Source of the DNA: Amoebidium appalachense
Lineage: Eukaryota; Protista; Ichthyosporea
DNA length: 64,000 nt
Direction: 5' to 3'
Assembly (NCBI GenBank): GCA_963693365.1
Contig: CAVNZM010000003.1
Coordinates: forward strand, 2,858,606-2,922,605
The notes beneath the pieces were generated by a model that saw nothing but the letters and a program-made list of their open reading frames with translations, did no database searches and had not been told where the DNA came from. Both the position numbers and the translations under genes were made by a program. Of this stretch, positions 11,307 through 25,055 are shown piece by piece. Each line of letters opens with the position of its first letter. Position 1 is the first letter of the stretch.

Positions 11307-12854
11307 AGAAAAGGGAAAGAGCACAAAGAAGGAAAGCAGACACGAATACAAAAAAAGCTAAGACACATACATACTTCTGAATCAAGGCTCTTGCTGTCAT
11401 ACGTGGTGACGTATTCCAACACCTAGAGAGGTTAGGAGGGAGAGAGAGTTTTGACATGGTTGATGGCCAAAAGGCCACTCCCCAGTCGGTGTTGTGGGCA
11501 TGGGATATTTGAGGGAACCGCAAAGTGTGACTTTGGACATACCTAAGGCTTGCTAAAAGGGTAGCGCGCTCCGGGGGCTTAGATGGGTACCCGACACTCA
11601 CTTGCAGTGTGTCTGTGTGGTGGAGTCGCGTGTTAGAATTCACCTAAAATAACAGTGGACATTGGTAACTGTGGCAACTCGTGAGTCAATTCGGCAACCG
11701 ACATAGATGGTGGATAATATACAAAAGTAAAAACATTAGAAAGAAACTCTATAGAAACCGAGAATTCCGTTTTTGCTACCGGTTTTGCACTTCACTCTCA
11801 CGTGTGGCGCGGCAAGTACAATAATGCCTCGGTTTTTCGAATAACCGGGGTGTGTGGATGTGTCGACCAATATAGGGTTGAATATGTGGTGGTTTTTAAA
11901 CTGTGTTTCGCAAATCACTGTAAAGGTGTGGTTGTTTGTCTGTTGTTGTATGTAGCTGATTTTATCGTCGAGTGTCCCGGGAGGGGAGGCCCTTTTGGGG
12001 GCCCAGTGTCCGAGCATTCCAGAAGAAGAAGAATAAATCAGGCATCGGTTTGGTCCGACGCCTGTGGGGTTGGTTCCCACTTGTCGCTTACGGGGTCGTA
12101 TGCACTGGCACGACCTTCCGCCAGCGTGAACAGTTCGCAGAATACTATTAGTTCGATTTCCATCTCGCATCGGTGTTTGCGCTTGAGTAGTTTCTCACCA
12201 GAAAACATCAGTTCCTTCGTGTCCGTGTCTATCACGCTCGTAGCATCGGTTTCCAACTTTGCGAGGAACTCTTTTGCCTTGCTGATGTGTACACGACAGC
12301 GTGTGGCGCACGCATTCTTAGCAGACACTTTACGTTCTTTGTCACTCTGCTTTCTGAATGTTTTTCGGCGCGCATGGGTCGTAGCTTGGGAGGTGGGTGA
12401 AGAAGCTTCCACACCCCTTTGTCGCGTCACGGATGAACGCGCGGTTATAGTCGCCCCGTACTGCCAATTCCAACACGTCGTATCCAATGAAGGACAGACA
12501 AAGGATGCAAGAGCACCGGAAGCCGAGAGCCTTGAAGATGGACCACATGGCCCTGTGTGGGCGTCTGCCGTGCTTGACTTTGAAATACACCCTCTCGTAT
12601 TTGGGTGGGATGTTGATGTTACCGTTTGCTTGGGTGTTCCCCTTAGCCGGCGGTTTGGGAGGGGAGTTGCGGCGGTACACGTTGCCTGCAAGAATGCTGG
12701 CATATGTTTCCTTGGCAATTTGGCGGAGCTCGGGTGTTTTACGAGAATTCACATATTCTAGGAACTCTGCCGGGAGCTGTGCTTCCGGTCCTGTGTTGTT
12801 TTGTGTTGGGGTGAAAATGTCTTCAACATACTGCATTCCTAAATGATTGCGCAA
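8500..12854 (-). mobile_element. Decayed near-full-length APE-type non-LTR retrotransposon (ORF1, AP endonuclease, RT), interrupted by AT-rich and microsatellite DNA at ~10550-11400
   Basis: ORF1-like 12342-12854 (LSFIGYDVLEL...YDP); endonuclease motifs ICETQ...RGIIVL, YYPP and VILGEF at ~11640-12000; RT motifs GPDG, FRPITL, QGSLLSP, YKYLGV and FPACEYG at 8700-10000; many frameshifts. Confidence 0.8.
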
Positions 12855-12959
12855 ACAATTCTATCCCCGCATAAGATCCGGAAAAGTTTCGCGCATTTCT
12901 CGTGCGTTCGGGCATTTCTCGTGCGTTGGCGCATTTCTCGTGCGCGTGGCCGCTTACAT

Positions 12960-13892
12960 ATCTATCAAGGAATATATTTTTTCTTTTGACTGGATTTTCG
13001 CAAATATGTCTAATATTCATCCTGCCAATTTGCTCACTCTTTATAAAGTTTTTCTTCGTCCATGTTTCGAATATGGCCTCCCGTTACTCTTGTGTGCCCC
13101 TCCACGGCAACAGCGCGCGGCTCTTCGGGAATTCGATTCCTTTCAACGTGAATTCATCCAGTTTATTTCCCGAACCTCGCGTAGGCATCCTTTGGCAGCT
13201 CCCTTGCTGAGTGTTTTTGGTCTCCCTCCGGCGCGCCAGCGTATGAATGAATTAGGACTTCGCTTTTGTTCTCATTTGGTTAGGCTTCCTTCTTGTCATC
13301 CTTTGTTGCAATTATTTCCTTCTTTAGCACCTGTTCCCTGCATTTCTAATGTTCGTGCGAAATGTCCTATCCCCAATCTCTCTCCCATTCCGAGATATCC
13401 TTTTAAATACTTATCTCCTTTATTTTTCTCTTCTACTAGTTATCAGCAGTATGTTACTTGGTTTCATACTCAATATCCTTTGCTTCATCGTTGTGATAAA
13501 GAGTATCATGGTAGGGCTCCTGAGCCTGTGCTTCTTTTTATAGGGAGACTCGTCTATTTTCTTTACAATCGTTGTGTAAATTAGCTACTTATATTTATCC
13601 TTCCTCTCGTAAACCTGCCACACTTACCGATTTTGCAATTCTAACCCCTCCTTGAGATATAGCTTGGAAATGTTTATTTTGGCGCTGTAACCTTTGTTTC
13701 CATAAATGTTTGTGCCACTTTTGTGCAGAACCTTTTTCTCGTAAACAATTAGATAGATGTAAATATTTATCTCAGACTATTCCGTTAGAAATTAGAAGAC
13801 TGGCTTATTTAGATAATCCTGAGGTTACGTCTATGGACTATCTGTTGAACCACGGTATGTTTAATGAGTTTTCTAGGTGTATGATTATTTAA
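12960..13892 (+). pseudogene. 3' fragment of a related but distinct LINE ORF2
   Basis: LYKVFLRPCFEYGLP post-RT motif, RMNELGLRFCSHL and CHFCAEPFSRKQLDRC. Confidence 0.7.
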
Positions 13893-14069
13893 GTCGTTAT
13901 CTCCTCCGTATCCGAGAGTGAGGGCTTTTGCATTTTCTTCTCCGAGATATCGGTGATATCTCGATGGCTTCTATTTTGCTGAGCATATCAATAAAGTCAT
14001 TATAAAAAAAGTTCCACGGTGTTTCATGTAGGCCTAGGGGGGCCGAGGGATTTTGGTGGTCGTGGCCCC

Positions 14070-14260
<191 letters not shown>

Positions 14261-14348
14261 CGAACGTGTAGGGGGGGGGCGGGAGAGGGGTGGGGAGTGA
14301 GTGTGGCCGGTGGGTGTGGGTGTGGGTGTAGGGGTGGGGGGGTTGGGT

Positions 14349-14390
<42 letters not shown>

Positions 14391-14688
14391 TTTCCGGCGG
14401 TTCCCCGGCCCGGGACCCGTGTGTATGTTACATTTATGTACCTTGATCATGAGGGCCGGTAGCTCCAGATAGTATATAGGCGGGCAACAACATAAAAGAC
14501 TGTCGGCAACCAGTATAGTTTACGTCAACGGTATTGATTACCTTAACGGTATTGATTACCTTTTGAGGAACCTATAATTTCTATATTACACCGGTACATA
14601 CTATTGTTTAGTGGGGGTTACACCGGTATGCCATGAAAACAGTGTTTATGAGCCACCACTGTGACCCAACCCCAGCCCCCTCCGAGGC

Positions 14689-14731
<43 letters not shown>

Positions 14732-15163
14732 ACAGGTAGTATGGAGCCCCAATAATTTCCTGACCAATCCTTCGGAATCCACCCCCTTCTCCCGCCACTT
14801 GCCCATCCAGAGTGCCGCTTAACCAGTCCCCCGGCCATCGACTCTGACCGGTCGAGAAGGGCAGTACGGCAGCCATGAAATGGGATGGGTCTCTTGTGGG
14901 CCATTAGACTTTTGGCTCCATGCACAGGTGTTTGCATGTGCAGGGCAGCATGCAGCAGACATGGCCTAGTAGAGATTGGCTACTGCACCATCTTGTGCCT
15001 AATCCCAATGATATGGTTATACCGAATTTGCTTTCTATTTGCTGGCCACACAGGTCTATTGTTGATGTGGTGGTAGCCATATTTGAGAGTGGCAAATGGG
15101 TGGTGGAGAAGAAGAGGATAACAACCATGGGGTGTCTCGTCCAGTGTGCGTGCGCTCACGTAT

Positions 15164-15232
<69 letters not shown>

Positions 15233-15787
15233 TTGTGTGCATGTGTTTTTTTTGTAGGAAGGGGAAAGGGGGGAGGGCTTTGTACAATGGGTGGTGGGAT
15301 TGGGGGGAGGGGGGGTTGGAGCCACAAAGGGTTCGTTCACAGGATGGCCCCTGAGTTATTCCAAGGCTGTTTTCAAACAAGGCTTTATTATGCCGCGGCC
15401 AAGATTAATTTATTCACTGCTGCATTTAGTGTTGCTTTGCCATACCCATACGGGCAAAGGCCTGTGTTCCTCTCTACTATCTATGTACAGTATAAAACGA
15501 TGGTATATTAGAGCATGTGTGTGCCTAAGAACTCTATGCCTACAGTACCTATTGCACGGCATGGCAAAGCACGTGCACATGTGTCCTAGAATATCTATGT
15601 GCTCTCTCGTCACAGGCTGCCCAGCAGCGGCAAGGTTTCAAACCAGGGCGCTCATTGGGCTGGGCTGCCACTACCACTCCTCTCTACAACATGTGCCGTC
15701 TAGATCTACCACATGTGCGATCCAGATCTCCCACATGTGCGATCCAGATCTACCACATGCGCCATCTAGATCTACCACATGCGCCAT

Positions 15788-17482
15788 CTAGATCTCCCAC
15801 ACGTATGCCTGTGTGACGTCGGCTGCTGCGGGCTGCAGGACCAGGTTGTGGCCGCTCATCCACGTGACCGTGTGGTCCTGGCCGCAGACCTTTGCAAACT
15901 TGTACTCGATGGGCTCGTCCAGCACGTTGGCCACCACAAGCACAAACAGGTGCGGGTTGTCGGGGTGCCGTGTCATGGCCGGGGCCGCCAAGGGGTCCCA
16001 GTCGCCCAGGCTCTCCCTGTCACCGACCATGACCACGCTGTCCTCTGCCTCTGCATGTGTGCACTCCAGCAGGATGCTGGTCTTGCCGGCAGGCACAAGG
16101 CCCCTGCTGCGGAAGGTTGGTGTGGTGGCCTGCTGGTGCCTGTGCGCCAGCATGTTGTCCAGTGAGCTGCCGCCCTCCAGGGCCGCAACCTTTGCTGCAT
16201 GGGCACTTTTGCGGCCGTAGTGCACCCAGATGGCGGCCAGGCCCAGCAGGGCGGCCAGCACGGCCACGGCCACCGTGATGATGACCACACTGCTGGTGCT
16301 CAGCCCCCCGTCAAACCCCACGGGGCCCACGGGCTGGGGGTTGGGCAGCTGGGTCACGTTCTTGGGCTGCAGCACGACCGTGTACGTGGGCTGGCCGGCC
16401 ACCACCGTGGTGTATGCCGTCACCGTCTGTGCCCCCACTGTGGCCGTGACCACGGCCGTGCTGGTGTCGACCTGCGTGATGGCTGTGGTGCTGGTGACTA
16501 CCTGCGCCGTGCTGGTGGTGCTAGTCTGCACCGCCGTCACCCCCTGGCCCCCGGCAATGCGCGCCGTCATCATGCCGTTGGATGCCTGCCCTAGCGCCGT
16601 GCGGCACTGGCCCACAGGCAGGCTGGATGGGCTGGGGGGGAAAGAGGTGTTAGCTCCTAGTTGAACTGGTGGTGGATTAAAGATGTGGGTCAGGTGGTGG
16701 GTCTAGATGGGAAGCATCGAGTTGTTTACAACACTCACACCTAGTTCTGAGAGACACTGACAGTGGGCCTGCTGGTGGACCATCCATCATGGGGACGTGC
16801 AGTTGATATTAGTGGTCTATGGGACTGTAAGACTACGACTGTAGTTGACCTATTGGCTACGTCAGTACTGCATGTTATGTGCGGGGGCTAGTTGTGAGTC
16901 GGTCTGCAAGCCAAAGATTGGAGCATGTGGTTGTGTCTGCTGTAAACACACATGCATCACCATGCAGCGACAGCTCAGCTCAAATATGCACGTCCTAGAC
17001 CAATAGGTTGGTCCAAGACTAACATGACAGCATGAACTATAACCTCATAAAAACACGCACCTGAGGGCACAGGCCTGTAGGGCGTTTGTCTTGCACGGGG
17101 CGGCACACAGGTTGAGGGGGCCGCTGGCCAGCTGGGGCATGGGGTACTCGCTGCCCGACACGGCCCAGCGCTGCTGCAGGCTGCTGGGGTCGCAGTTGCC
17201 CAGCAGCAGAGGGCTACCGTCGGCGCCCCAGGCCGTGACACACTGGTAGGGCACTGTGCTGGTCACCAGCATGCCCTCACTCGACAGCTGCCAGCGCTGG
17301 CCCTGGTTGGTGCCTGTGCTGTCACAGGCCCCAAACACCACCGTGGACGAGGGGCCGATGCCCATGCACATCTGCGTGCCTGACAGCCGGATTTCGTACG
17401 TGTACGGGTACAGCGCAACCACGGCCGCGCCGTGGGCAGACCCCAGCCAGGCGGCCGTAGCAAACAGGCCAGCCCAATGCAT
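15788..17482 (-). CDS. Spliced type-I membrane protein: signal peptide, ricin-B-like lectin, Thr-rich stalk, TM helix, C-terminal CBM20 starch/glycogen-binding domain
   Basis: Signal peptide MHWAGLFATAAWLGSAHG; C..QRW repeats (GACDSTGTNQGQRW, GNCDPSSLQQRW); TM VVIITVAVAVLAALLGLAAIWV; CBM20 motifs VGDRESLGDWDP, IEYKF and W.SG.N. Donor GT at 17060; internal exon structure is not fully resolved. Confidence 0.8.
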
Positions 17483-17495
17483 GGTGTGTGTGTGC

Positions 17496-17541
<46 letters not shown>

Positions 17542-19118
17542 ACTGATAACAGTGGCTACTGTGCCTGTCTCTGCGTCTCTGTGTCCTGCGTGCCTATACG
17601 TCCGTGGCGCACATGCCGCGCCAACCTATCTACTAGTGAAGAACTTTACCAGCTATGACGGACAAAAGCTCCCTTTCCGTAACATCGAACGCAAAAGTGA
17701 CGCTTGGGCCTCCAGGCAAGCCAAAGAGTACAGGACATTCCTGATCATCCCCTCACGGTCATTGGCTCTTTCTGTCCAATCGTAGCTCCACTGACGTTTT
17801 AGGTGCACCAATCAGCTGTTATTTTCTCTGCTGCGGGATGGCCGTGAATGCAATAATGTGCTCAATAATGCACACACGTGGCCACGCCCACATTATCAAT
17901 ATAAAAATGCATCTTGAATAAACAAATGTAATCATTTATCCACAATATTACAATATACCTGTGTATTCGGTGTTTGATGAAGTAGCAAAGGTATGAAAGA
18001 TATTTGCACATCTCTGCACGCCTCACATGCAGATATATGATTGGTTCACTAAACATTCAACAAACTGATTGGCAGCTGGGAAGACCTGCGCCAGCCGACT
18101 GCGGCCTCAGTTAGTCACTTTGCTTGAAATTTGAGTGACCGTCCGGATCCCTGCGGCCCGGCTCGTACCTTGTATGTTGCCGCATAGTAGTGCCCGGCCA
18201 CTTACGTAAGCTGGTGGGTACATAGCCTTGGAGAATAGGCCTCAGTCCTGACTCACCCAGGCCCAGGGCCTCTTGTGCGGCGCCGGTTTGGCTTGTGCGT
18301 AGCACTGCGCAGCCAGCCCACAGGCACACGTGCACACACCGTGACACACAATGCACCGGTCAAACATACACACAGATACACGAACGGACACAAGGTCATG
18401 CCATACACACACGCACACGCACACGCACACATACCCGCGCGCACGCACGCACGCGCGCACCCAAACGCGGGAATACACGCGCCTGCTCAGGGTGACACAC
18501 ACGAGTCACGAAGACGCACGCAGTCAAACACACTGAATCGGTTGGCGCGCGTACACAACACACGCACACACGCACACACGCACACACAACGCACGCACAC
18601 ACGCACGCACACGCACGCACGCATACACACACTCACACGCTCACACACACACAAACGCTCACACGCACACACACACACGCACACACAAACACGCACACAC
18701 AGCACGACACATACACGCAAAACCCACACACGCTCATGCGCACCCCGTAGCTTATTCTCAGAGACACACACAGACACCGCATCCCACGTGCACACCGTAT
18801 TGTCTGACGGGTGGTAGAGGCAGCCTTCCATGCGCGCTGCACACACTTAAGGTGGGGCGCACACACGCCACGCATGGGCAGCACGGGTACTGTCGACACC
18901 GACCCTAACATGAGCTCAGTATGGTACGGCACCGAAGCCCCTTCGTAGGTGCATGCCACCAAACACCACACGTACCACAGGCCGCGCGGACGCACTCAGT
19001 AAGCGTATGCAAACCTGGCTGTCCCTCGCGTACAGCCACACACCACCAGATGGGCTTTCTGGGAGCCCTGGATAATAAACAGCATGCTTTCCCCGCTTGT
19101 TACTCTGAACCCCCCCCC

Positions 19119-19149
<31 letters not shown>

Positions 19150-19746
19150 AGACACACACATACACACACATGCATAAACGTTCAAGAATCCGGCCTTAGC
19201 CTAGCCAAGGCCGGATTCTGTAGACGAATAAGGGGAGCTGCATATTACGTGACTGCAGGGTTGTGAGTTTCGTGAAAGCGTAGGGTCATACGAGCATTTG
19301 ACCTTTGCTATGGTTCACACAGCCAGACCACCACTAGTGCCATGATATGATAAATCTTTAGCAGACACCACGTGGCTAGTTGGCCTGCCGTGGTTGAGGA
19401 TGTCTGAAGGACCCGCTAGGCGCACCGGGAGGTGCAAGGCAGTGCCCACGCTGGAAACCTAAAAGGGCAGCAGCAGTGCATGGTCCGATGGGAAACCAGC
19501 TTATAAAAACCACACGTACCAACTAGGGCGTCTGTTGCCAGGGGGGCAGGATGAAAAAAAAGGTGGGGGGCAGTGGGGAGGAGAAGAGGGGGGGGGGGGG
19601 GAGGGGGGGGGGGAGGGAGGGGATACACGAACTTTTTTGCGAACACGGGAAAGGTGAGAAATGGGCCAAGTGGGTTGCTCAGTTCACTGTTCCCCCGCTA
19701 TTGCAATCGAACTCGGTCCTGAGAGGCCTTTTTGGGGGGGGGGGGG

Positions 19747-19782
<36 letters not shown>

Positions 19783-20186
19783 GGGGGCCGGCTAGGGTTC
19801 GGTGGGCCGGCTGGTCGCTGAGAAGGATCTTGGAATGATTTGACATGAAAGAAGGGATGGGCTGAGTAGTCCCCTGTCTGTCTGCTGTGCCGGCAAGGCG
19901 CTTGCATTGATATTAATTAATGAGGTGCCAGGCTCCAAACACCTTGGCAGGTTCATTTTGCATGCACAGCACACCACATCCATATGTACGATCATTCATG
20001 CAGTGATGATTCGGGCACAACCCTACGTGCAAGCAGCCAGGAATATGAAACATTACAGTGTCGGGCAGGTAAACTGACAGGCCCACTCAGTGCTACGGTC
20101 ACAGTGAGGGGGAGCATATCGCTCCCCAGACATTCATGCATCACACTAACACGTCACTACGTACTATAGTAGAAGCTGCACGGCTG

Positions 20187-21823
20187 CTACATAGGCAGGG
20201 GCGGGGGTATGTGGAAACATCTGATGCCCAGGGCAGCTGTTATCTGGCGCACACAGACAAAGGCATAGTGCAGCAGCAGCACCACGCTGCCCAGCGCACT
20301 GGCCCCCACGACCATGGCCGGGTCCAGGGGGGTGCTTGCAGGCAGGCCCAGGGCGGCATTCAGCAGGGGCAGCAGCAGGGGGGCCAGTCCCAGCTGCAGC
20401 ACGGGGTAGGGGGAGTGCGTCACGTGTGCCAGTATCAGCCGGCACGTGATGTGCGCAAACACACCGGCCAGCAGCACAAATAGGGGCATGGCCTGGGGGC
20501 CCAGCGTGTCGGGGGTCGCCGCAGCCAGGGCCGCATAGGCCAGTAGCAGGCCAAAGGGGCCCAGCCGCCGCAGCGCCGGGGACAGGGCTGGGCGGGTGGC
20601 GGCCTGGACCCGGCGCACAAAGCCGGCCATGGTGGCCAGGCCGGCCAGGCCCACGGCCAGCACCAGCCAGCGGCCCAGGGCCAGGCCGGCCACTTGCTGC
20701 AGCCACAGGTCGGGGCCCAGCATGGCCGTGGCCGCATACAGCAGGTAGGCCAGTGTCACGCCGTCGTCGGCGCCGTTGATCAGGCCCAGCAGCAGCTCCT
20801 TGGTGTGGTACTCGTCCCACGTCGTCAGGAAGAACACCCCCTGCGACCTGCAAGCCCCTCAGCCCCTGCCCTATATACCCCCCTCCCTTCCCCCCCCCTC
20901 CCCCCCTCTCCCTGCACATACACAGTCACCAGCAGCAGGGCCCACCGCAGGCCCAGCTGTAGAGTTGCAGCCAGGGTGGTGGCGCTGATGGTCACGTTGA
21001 CGGCGTCGCAGCCGTGGTCAAACAGCTGGCCCAGGGGGGACGAGCTGCCTGCACCCCCCGTCAGCACCCACATGCCACAGGGCAGCAGGGCGCAGGGCAC
21101 GCACCTGTCCTGCGGGCCTGCAGGCCGTCCAGGTTGTCCATGGTCTGGTAGAAGAACAGGGCCCAGGCCTGCAGCACATACAGCCACTGCGGGCCGGCCT
21201 CGGTCAGGGTGGGGCACAGGCGGGCCGTCAGGGCAAAGCTCAGCAGGGGCAGGGCCAGGCCCAGCAGGGTGATGGCGTTGGGGGCCAGCCACAGCGGCAC
21301 CAGGGAGAGGCAGCGCTCGGCAAAGGGCCGCAGCACGTGCTTGTACAGCAGCGACCCGTTGGACCCCCTGCTCCCCCGTCAGTGGGCTAGCCAGCCCCGC
21401 ACAGCAGGGGGGAGGTGGGGGGGAAGGGGGGAGATAATTGGGAAGGAAGAAGTTGCGTAGGACGGGCAGCCACCAGCCAGTTGGCAGACCCTCGCCGAGG
21501 GGAGAGGGGGGAGGGGGGAAGGATGAGGGCTAGCGCCATTTTGTTGCAAGCGGGCTGGACGCAGGGGAGGGGGGGGGGGGGGGGGGTGGTCACAGGCACA
21601 TACAAAAGCAGGCCGCTGGGGGACGGGAGGGGGGGGGAGGGAGGGGGGAGAGGGGGGAGGGGGGCAGGCAGTTGCCATGTGGGTCAATGCAGTCCGGGGT
21701 GAAAGCAGAATAAGGGGGATTCTTCAGTGGTGGCAGGGCTACAGCCAGAGGACTGAGAGTGGATTAGGGGGGTAAGGGGTTGAGGGAAACATTCTGGGTC
21801 CGAGGGGGAAGGAGGGGGAGGAA

Positions 21824-21855
<32 letters not shown>

Positions 21856-21927
21856 GGGTTGGGCAGGCAGGCACCTGTACTGGTAGGCGCGCAGGTTGGC
21901 CAGGCCGGTGTCTGTGAGGTACTTCAT
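20187..21927 (-). CDS. Choline/ethanolamine phosphotransferase (CDP-alcohol phosphatidyltransferase, CEPT1/EPT1 family), multi-exon
   Basis: MKYL...LRAYQY, LWLAPNAITLLG, YQTMDNLDGLQARRT|GSSSPLGQLFDHGCD signature, TWDEYHT; GT-AG introns. Confidence 0.93.
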
Positions 21928-22209
21928 GGCGCCGATAGAGTTCAAAGTGTGTAAACCCCCCCCAAGAAAGTGTGTAAACCCCCACTTCAAACCTCACCGT
22001 GTGTGGTGTGCTAATGGACCACCTGAATGATTATGATATCCCATCGGTGAGCTGCGACCGAGAATATTTGAAACCCTGGATGGTACGATGGCTCTCACAG
22101 ATGCCATATATATATGGTTGTGTTTGGTGGGCTGTCATTGGTGCTCCACAATAGTGCTTAAGTCAGTGCTACAGCCCTACCTCCTACTGAGGCGGTGTCT
22201 CCTTTTTCC

Positions 22210-22275
<66 letters not shown>

Positions 22276-22708
22276 AAAAAGGGACCGCCACAAGTAGATG
22301 TATAACGTCGCACGTGCGGCAACACGTCAGTACGTGTTAGGCTACAGCCCCCTCCGGTCGGAACCGACCGGCTGGCAACACCCGGCCACAGTTTGGTCGC
22401 AGCTGCAAAATTTTTTTATAAAAAAAAGCCAACCTTACAGCATATTATTAGCAGAGAGCGTAGAGTACTTTGGTAGAGGGTGCACGCACTGAGGTACAGA
22501 CACCACAGCTGGGCCTTTCCTGCGCCCTTCAGTCTCCGCCTGTCTTTCCTCGCCCTTTCTTTGCACCCACCCGCTAGTCAGGCGGCCAGCGGGCCGTCAA
22601 GCCTAGAGTTACTGTAGACTTGTGGCTGGTGGTGGTGTGCAGACAGACAGACAGACCCCCGCGGGCAGCCGGGTGGTTGCGGCGTGGCGGGACCATGAGA
22701 GGGCGGCT

Positions 22709-25055
22709 ATGAAGAGCCTGTTCCGGTTTGTGGGGGGGGGGCAAGAAGAAGAAGCCCAAGGACCCGGACCCAGCCCCGGCCCCGCCTGCCGACTCGACCG
22801 CGCAGGCGCAGTGGCTGGCCCTCCAGCAGCAGCAGCTGCTGCAGCTGGCCCAGTGGCAGCAGCTGCAGGCCCTGCTGGCCGCCCAGCCCGACCCGGTCCG
22901 TGACTCCCTGGTCCGTCGCAACTCCCTCGGGGGCACGGCAGACCCCCTGGTGCGCCTGCACAGTGCCCCCCTGTCCGGGCCCTTGCCGGGCCAGACTAGC
23001 CGCCTGGCTGCTCAGCCCCTGGACACACTCACTACCGCCCTGGGCCCGGGTGGTCTGCAGGTAGGCGCCCTGGCTTTGTGTGTGTGCACATACGTGTGAA
23101 TGCATGTGTGTGTGTGTGCCTGTAAGTGCACGTTTGTTTTGGTGGTCTTGTTCCTGAGTGTGTCACGTGCATGTGTACGTTTGTACGTGCATGCACACGC
23201 ACTGGTGTGTGTATACACGTGCTTGCATGCGTGTGTGCACGTGTGTGTGCATGTGTACGTGCGCCCACACACACACACTCGGGTGCGTCTGGGTACGTGT
23301 GTGGGGTGGCTGTGGGCCAACAGTGACCCCCGACCGTGTGCAGCGGTCTTCTTCTGGAGGGGCCCTGGGGCTGCTGCACCCTGCTGGCCATGTGGACGGC
23401 ACCAGTGAGGCCCTGGTGTGTGCCCTGCTGGGTTGGGGGGGGGGGAGGGGGGAGGGGGGGGGGGGGGGGGGGCTGGCTGGCAGGGGGACTGAGTGGTGGG
23501 TGCAGGGGCAGAATGGGTCTACAGTGGACACGGTGCAGGCACAGCTGCAGGCACTGTATGCACAACAGCCACACAGCAGCGAGGGGGGAGACACGGACGA
23601 GGGCAGGAAGACCGTCATGTTTGTGTGGAAGGCCGCCCCCGAAACAGGTGTGGTGCAGGCACACTCGCACACACAGACACACACCATAGTAAAGTTTAAT
23701 GGATTTATGGGGCAAGTGTATTTGGGGGGCTGATGAGGGGGTTTTGAAAGTGCGCTTCTAGTAGAGGCCTGTGCTGTGGATGGTGCTGTGGAGACAGGTG
23801 GACACTGGGTTGCCTGTGTGCATGCAGGCCTGTGTGGGTAGACAGAGGGGTGCCTGTGTGCATGCAGGCATTATTGTTCCTGTGTGTGGAGGTGGGATAT
23901 CCCTCTCCCTGTCGCCAAACCCGCCCCCCCCCCCCCCCCCCTCCCCCCACTGGGTGACACCCCTTTTGATGTGAGGGTCCTGAGGAACGACTCTGTTTGT
24001 TTCATGTTCCTGTGCCTGTGTGCAGTCCTGCTTTTCTTTTCATCTGCACCAGCTCTGGCCAGCCTCTGGGCCCCAAACCACCCTGCTGTGGCTGGGTCAA
24101 ACTGTGTGCTGGGTGCTGATTGGATGGTGCAGTGGTCGAGGTGGCCGGCACGTGGGACGGCTGGGTCGAGCGCATGCCCATGCAGGTGGGTGGCAGGGCA
24201 TATGCATGGCTGGCTATATTAGGGCGTATATTTATATGCATGGCTGGCTAGGGCATATATGTGCATGGCTGGCTAGGGCATATGCATGGCTGGACGGGGC
24301 ATATATATATGCATGGCTGGCTCAGACATAAGCATGGCTGGCTAGGGCATGTATATGCATGGCTGGCTAGGGCATACATATGTGCATGGCTAGCTAGGCA
24401 TATGCATGGCTGGCTAGGCATATGCATGGCTGGCTAGGGCATGTATATGCATGGCTGGCTCAGGCATATGCATGGCTGGCTAGGGCATATGCATGGCTGG
24501 CTAGGGCATACATGTGCATGGCTGGCTAGGCATATGCATGGCTGGCTAGGACATATATATGCATGGCTGGCTAGGGCATACATGTGCATGGCTGGCTAGG
24601 GCATACATGTGCATGGCTGGCTAGGGCATACATGGGCATGGCTGGCTAGGACATAAATATGCATGGCTGGCTAGGGCATACATGTGCATGGCTGGCTATA
24701 GCTAGGGCATATATATGCATGGCTGGCTAGGGCATACATGTGCATGGCTGGCTATAGCTAGGGCATACATGTGCATGGCTGGCTATATAGCTAGGGCATA
24801 TATATGCATGGCTGGCTAGTGCATACGTGTGCATGGCTGGCTAGGACATATACATGGCTGGCTAGGACATATATATGCATGGCTGGGTGATGACTGGGTG
24901 CCCAGGCGGACGGGTGGACACACTTTGTGGTGCTCAACCTTGCACGGGGCCGCTACGAGTACAAGTACATAGTGGATGGCCGTTGGACACACGACGTCAA
25001 CAAGCAGCGCACAGAGGACGGCCTGGGGGCGTACAGCAACTTCTTCCAGATCTGA
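22709..25055 (+). CDS. Protein with a C-terminal AMPK-beta-type glycogen-binding domain (CBM48), multi-exon
   Basis: KTVMFVW and a last exon LARGRYEYKYIVDGRWTHD...YSNFFQI* (stop 25053-25055); low-complexity Gln/Pro-rich N-terminus. Exon joins are partly inferred. Confidence 0.75.
24204..24885. repeat. Intronic minisatellite (~22-28 bp, GCATGGCTGGCTAGGGCATAT core)
   Basis: More than 20 imperfect tandem copies seen directly. Confidence 0.95.

Noticed and set aside
8500-13892. Twin-priming 5' inversion of a single LINE
   Set aside because: The minus and plus segments both contain the P..EYG region in diverged form, so they are different elements.
18111-19100. Possible small Cys-rich spliced gene on the minus strand
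   Set aside because: Exon-like pieces are present, but there is no consistent model or recognisable domain.
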